From contig CALWYZ010000012.1 in NCBI GenBank assembly GCA_944385895.1, positions 16,347 to 80,346 of the forward strand: 64,000 nucleotides of DNA, given 5' to 3'. The notes beneath the pieces are model-generated. The model did no database searches. It had not been told where the DNA came from and was given only the letters and a program-made list of their open reading frames with translations. The stretch comes from an uncultured Clostridia bacterium. Lineage in GTDB: Bacteria; Bacillota; Clostridia; Oscillospirales; QAKW01. The position numbers and the translations under genes are program-made. This document shows, one piece after another, positions 61,238-64,000 of this stretch (positions are counted from its first letter, which is position 1; each line of letters starts with the position of its first letter).

Positions 61238-61603
61238 ATGACGAATAGCAGTCTTTGGGAACAGGAAAATCAAGAAAAGCTTAGGGATGACTACTTTTAC
61301 AGATGCGCTCATGGAATTCAAAACGATTATGTTTATCCTATTCGACGGATTATTTGTGAAGGTTGCGGCAACATCTTTTATACTATGGTGCCTGTCAAAA
61401 AATACTGCAACGAAAGATGCTGCTATCTGGGCTTTTGGAAACACAAGCGTGAGAAAAGGTTGACGATGAGAAAAGATACGGTTTGCAAAACCTGCGGAAA
61501 CACTTTTACGCCAAAACGTTCCGATGCCGTATATTGCAGTAATGCCTGTCGGCAGAAGGCATACCGACAAAGTGTTACGACTAACGGTAAGTGCTCAAAA
61601 TGA
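61238..61603 (+). CDS. Double zinc-ribbon protein
   Basis: 121 aa with two CxxC...C...C units: 'CEGCGNIFYTMVPVKKYCNERCC' and 'CKTCGNTFTPKRSDAVYCSNACRQKAYRQ'. RBS AAAGGAG is present. Confidence 0.6.
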   Translation: MTNSSLWEQENQEKLRDDYFYRCAHGIQNDYVYPIRRIICEGCGNIFYTMVPVKKYCNERCCYLGFWKHKREKRLTMRKDTVCKTCGNTFTPKRSDAVYCSNACRQKAYRQSVTTNGKCSK

Positions 61604-61644
61604 CCACCTACCGTTATCTGTAACGTTTGAGGAACCGATAAACT

Positions 61645-61675
61645 ATTCCAAGGTGTCAAATTGACACCTTGGAAT
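61645..61675. repeat. Perfect 31-nt palindrome (15-bp arms)
   Basis: ATTCCAAGGTGTCAA-a-TTGACACCTTGGAAT. No U-run follows it. Confidence 0.85.
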
Positions 61676-61704
61676 CAGAAAAATTCAGATGCTTAAGTTA
61701 ATTC

Positions 61705-61732
61705 AGATCGGCTGAAAAGTCGGTCTTTTATT
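61705..61732 (+). terminator. Candidate terminator (GAAA tetraloop hairpin)
   Basis: AGATCGGCT-gaaa-AGTCGGTCT (9 bp including two G.U pairs) followed by TTTATT. Confidence 0.45.
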
Positions 61733-61753
61733 ATGCGAAATTTCAAGAAGGAG

Positions 61754-61906
61754 ATGGTGAAAATTGATTGTATTAAAACGGCATTAGCTGACGGCATAGG
61801 CTTAGCAAGCACTGAATTTGGGTGTACCAAATTCTATTCGCTTGCAAATGGCATCGCATTAGCAAGCAACGCGTTTGGGTGCACACACCGCAAACACACT
61901 TGTTAG
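61754..61906 (+). CDS. Candidate small ORF (50 aa) with an in-frame internal duplication; start codon uncertain
   Basis: My hand translation is MVKIDCIKTALADGIGLASTEFGCTKFYSLANGIALASNAFGCTHRKHTC*. AAGGAG directly abuts the ATG, which is poor spacing; GTG at +3 and ATT at +9 are in frame. The ORF is below the ORF-track size cut-off. Confidence 0.35.
   Translation: MVKIDCIKTALADGIGLASTEFGCTKFYSLANGIALASNAFGCTHRKHTC
61790..61885 (+). repeat. Two imperfect 39-nt direct repeats, 57 nt apart
   Basis: R1 is at 61790-61828 and R2 at 61847-61885. The shared core is GGCAT.G..TTAGCAAGCA.....TTTGGGTG.AC. By my hand count 28 of 39 positions are identical. Confidence 0.8.
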
Positions 61907-61928
61907 GGGTAGCTTTCCGCGCCCCTAA
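61903..61928. repeat. Inverted repeat TTAGGGG-(12 nt)-CCCCTAA just upstream of the MobC-like gene
   Basis: Read directly from the sequence, 45 nt upstream of the ATG at 61973. Confidence 0.75.
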
Positions 61929-61972
61929 AACCCCCGAAGTAAAAATCTAATTATGAAAGGAAGTTGTTCAAT

Positions 61973-62362
61973 ATGGAAAAAAGAACAGAAAGAATTAAGT
62001 TTTGGCTGACAGATAAGGAACTGAAACAAATTGACCGTAAAGCCGGAAAAATTGGCATGAATCGCTCCGAGTATATTCGCTATCTTATCGCCAACTGCAA
62101 GCTTGTTCACACACCGAACATTGACTATGAGGGCTATTACAACAGACTTAAATGTATCAGTGATGAAATAAACCACCACTTAATTGTTCTGTATCAAATC
62201 GGTACATTGGATGAGCCGCAGTTTCATAGGATCTGCGAGGAGGCAATCGAAACGGCGAAAAAATTGTCCGCCGAACTAACCGAAAAGTTGGATGTTGAAA
62301 TTGAAAAGTCGAAGGAGGTAAACACTTGCGAAACGGAAAGCATTATGTCCCCGTTCGGATGA
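61973..62362 (+). CDS. Ribbon-helix-helix MobC-like relaxosome accessory protein
   Basis: 'RTERIKFWLTDKELKQIDRKAGKIGMNRSEYIRYLI' is an RHH motif. I placed the start at ATG 61973, ~10 nt after GAAAGGAAG. Confidence 0.65.
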   Translation: MEKRTERIKFWLTDKELKQIDRKAGKIGMNRSEYIRYLIANCKLVHTPNIDYEGYYNRLKCISDEINHHLIVLYQIGTLDEPQFHRICEEAIETAKKLSAELTEKLDVEIEKSKEVNTCETESIMSPFG

Positions 62363-62670
62363 CAAAAAGCGAAAAAGAGAATTTCTTAAAGCTCAGTGAG
62401 TTATGCCATGCCCCTGAGAAAACAGTTTTGTATTGGCTTCTAAACGATATGATTGTCTACGAAAAGCCGCCCGAAATCTTTTTCAAAATCACAAGATTAA
62501 TGTTGAGATTGGAAACCAATGTAGCCCATATTTGGCTTGGTGGCAGTAATTTATCTGAAGCGATAAAAACGAAATATTACAACCTATCAAAAGAAATAAA
62601 CAATTACGATTGCGAAATCACTTTCAAAGGATTATTCGCAGACGCACATTATGGTGAAAACCGTAAGTAA
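62326..62670 (+). CDS. Second RHH/MobC-like protein
   Basis: The TTG start is preceded by AAGGAGGT. 'HYVPVRMTKSEKENFLKLSELCHAPEKTVLYWLL' is RHH-like. It overlaps the previous gene by 37 nt. Confidence 0.5.
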   Translation: MRNGKHYVPVRMTKSEKENFLKLSELCHAPEKTVLYWLLNDMIVYEKPPEIFFKITRLMLRLETNVAHIWLGGSNLSEAIKTKYYNLSKEINNYDCEITFKGLFADAHYGENRK

Positions 62671-62798
62671 CAACATTGAAAGGCAGTAATTATGAAACAA
62701 ACAAATTACGCTGCCGTTTCAATCATATTTTTATATACACATTTTTCTACAACAGAAACGGCAGACAAAAAGAAATTAAAATTAGGAGAAAGGAACTT

Positions 62799-63683
62799 AT
62801 GAAAGATATGAAAACGTCTGCCGAAAAGGTAGTAAAAGAACCTAAACCGAAGCTTATGAACATTAAGCTTGAAAAGCTTCACCCGTTTAAGAGCCACCCC
62901 TACAAGGTGCTTGATGATGAGTCAATGACGGAGCTTGTTGAAAGTATAAAAGAATACGGATTTCTAAACCGCATTATCGTCCGCCCACTTGAGGAGAAAC
63001 AGGACGAATACGAAATCATATCCGGACACCGCAGAGTGCACGCCGCCGAGCTTCTTGAAATAAAAGAGGCCCCGGCGGTTGTTCATTTTATCGACCGTGA
63101 CCAAGCCACGATTTTAATGGTAGATTCAAACTGTCAGCGTGAAAATCTATCCCTTATGGAAAAGGCGCGATCTTACAGAATGAAGCTTGACGCGATTAAA
63201 CATCAAGGCACTTCCCGACAGAGTGTCGGGAAGTTAGATGAAAGCGCGGAGTTGATTTCAGAAAACGACAGCGGAAGAACTGTGCAGCGCCTAATTCGAT
63301 TGACCTATCTAATGCCCGAACTTCAAGAGTTTGTGGATAACGGCAAAATGAAAATGCTTCCGGCTTATGAGCTTTCGTTCCTTAATGAAGAAGCTCAGCG
63401 AGATATTGTTGACCGTATTGACGAAACCGAAAGCTTTCCGTCGCACGCACAAGCCCGCCGTATGCGAAAGGCGTTTGAGGAAGGCAAATTAAATTACGAT
63501 ACCGTTACCGAGATCATGGCAGAGGTCAAGCCGAATCAGGTGGAAAAACTGAAAATTCCAATGAACGATATCAAGAAATATGCACCTGATTGCTCCACAC
63601 CTAAGGAACTTTCCGACTTTATCATTAAATTGATGAAGCAGGATTATGAGCGCAAATACCGTGACCGCGATGACTGTCGCTAA
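62799..63683 (+). CDS. ParB/Srx N-terminal-domain protein
   Basis: I placed the start at ATG 62799, after AGGAGAAAGG. 'LHPFKSHPYKV...ESIKEYGFLNRIIVRPL...YEIISGHRRVHAA' contains the GxRR box. Confidence 0.85.
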   Translation: MKDMKTSAEKVVKEPKPKLMNIKLEKLHPFKSHPYKVLDDESMTELVESIKEYGFLNRIIVRPLEEKQDEYEIISGHRRVHAAELLEIKEAPAVVHFIDRDQATILMVDSNCQRENLSLMEKARSYRMKLDAIKHQGTSRQSVGKLDESAELISENDSGRTVQRLIRLTYLMPELQEFVDNGKMKMLPAYELSFLNEEAQRDIVDRIDETESFPSHAQARRMRKAFEEGKLNYDTVTEIMAEVKPNQVEKLKIPMNDIKKYAPDCSTPKELSDFIIKLMKQDYERKYRDRDDCR

Positions 63684-63709
63684 TCGCACATTTGCAAGGA
63701 GAAAAACGG

Positions 63710-63892
63710 ATGGGTAAAATAATGTCGAACGATCCTAAAATGTGCTATGCGGCACTCAAATTGATTGAGCAATTATACAAGGACGGTCACATTCCGGTGT
63801 ATATGTACCGCAACATTCTAAATGATTATGCCGAAATCGTTGACCTTTCAAAATTTACCGTAGCGAAGGAGGAGAATGAATGTACGAAATAA
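63710..63892 (+). CDS. Small hypothetical protein preceding the recombinase
   Basis: 60 aa from ATG 63710, with AAGGAG 8 nt upstream. It overlaps the recombinase start by 13 nt. Confidence 0.45.
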   Translation: MGKIMSNDPKMCYAALKLIEQLYKDGHIPVYMYRNILNDYAEIVDLSKFTVAKEENECTK

Positions 63893-64000
63893 ATCGGGTA
63901 CCCAAGAGAGTCGTAATTTATGCCCGTGTCTCTACCGAACACGAAGCGCAGATAAATGCTCTTGAAAATCAGCTTGACTGGTACAAGCCTATTTTGGAGA
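63880..64000 (+). CDS. Large serine recombinase, N-terminal 40 codons only (continues beyond the window)
   Basis: ATG 63880 follows AGGAGGAG. 'MYEINRVPKRVVIYARVSTEHEAQINALENQLDWYKPILE' contains the resolvase catalytic-Ser motif YARVST. Confidence 0.8.
   Translation, partial: MYEINRVPKRVVIYARVSTEHEAQINALENQLDWYKPILE

Larger units (their letters stand above)
47607..64000. mobile_element. Left portion of an integrated serine-recombinase-type mobilizable element; the left boundary is approximate and the right end lies beyond the window
   Basis: Housekeeping genes end abruptly after the ppdK terminator. All later genes are co-oriented on the + strand. Hallmarks are tnpV and its partner, two RHH MobC-like genes, a ParB-like gene and a serine recombinase N-terminus ('VVIYARVSTEHEAQ'). 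Defence and NTase cargo are also present. Confidence 0.65.

Overview
This window looks like a low-GC, spore-forming Firmicutes (Clostridia-type) chromosome segment. I saw no rRNA, tRNA or CRISPR array. Bases 1 to ~47.6 kb are ordinary core genome. They hold clpB (5' truncated), yabP-yabQ-divIC, hpf, a gerA-type germinant-receptor operon, a ThuA-like gene, and a large glycoside-hydrolase-like gene with a divergent AraC regulator. These are followed by dapF, purA, pyrG, fumC, an esterase and a YgjV-like gene. Next comes a ~12 kb, ten-gene minus-strand operon, ilvB-ilvN-ilvC-ilvD-leuA-cimA-leuC-leuD-leuB-ilvE. Upstream of it I read a sigma-A promoter, a 31-codon Ile/Leu/Val-rich leader ORF and a terminator hairpin, which suggests a leader-peptide attenuator rather than the T-box typical of Firmicutes. 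The core region continues with a GH73/SH3 wall hydrolase, a secreted trigger-factor-like lipoprotein, apgM, an internally duplicated metallophosphoesterase surface protein, a heterodimeric ABC exporter, prs and ppdK. From ~47.6 kb to the window end every gene is on the + strand. This stretch looks like the left part of an integrated, serine-recombinase-type mobilizable element. Its backbone has tnpV and its usual small partner, a sigma-region-4-like HTH protein, a Zn-ribbon protein, two RHH MobC-like proteins, a ParB-like protein and the start of a large serine recombinase. The cargo has two parts. The first is a solitary minimal Pol-beta nucleotidyltransferase with OAS/CD-NTase-like motif spacing. 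The second, and the most interesting item, is a translationally coupled operon: dcm, a MORC/MutL-like GHKL ATPase, a Z1 P-loop protein, a PD-(D/E)XK protein, an AIPR protein, vsr and an unknown 155-aa ORF. An AlbA_2/HATPase_c_4/wHTH gene with a palindromic operator array lies just upstream of it. From memory, the five-gene core matches a computationally predicted MORC-linked R-M system, later called Mza, whose mechanism is unknown. Other items worth a look include a 50-codon small ORF with an in-frame internal duplication in the putative oriT region, and terminator-like leaders upstream of prs and ppdK.
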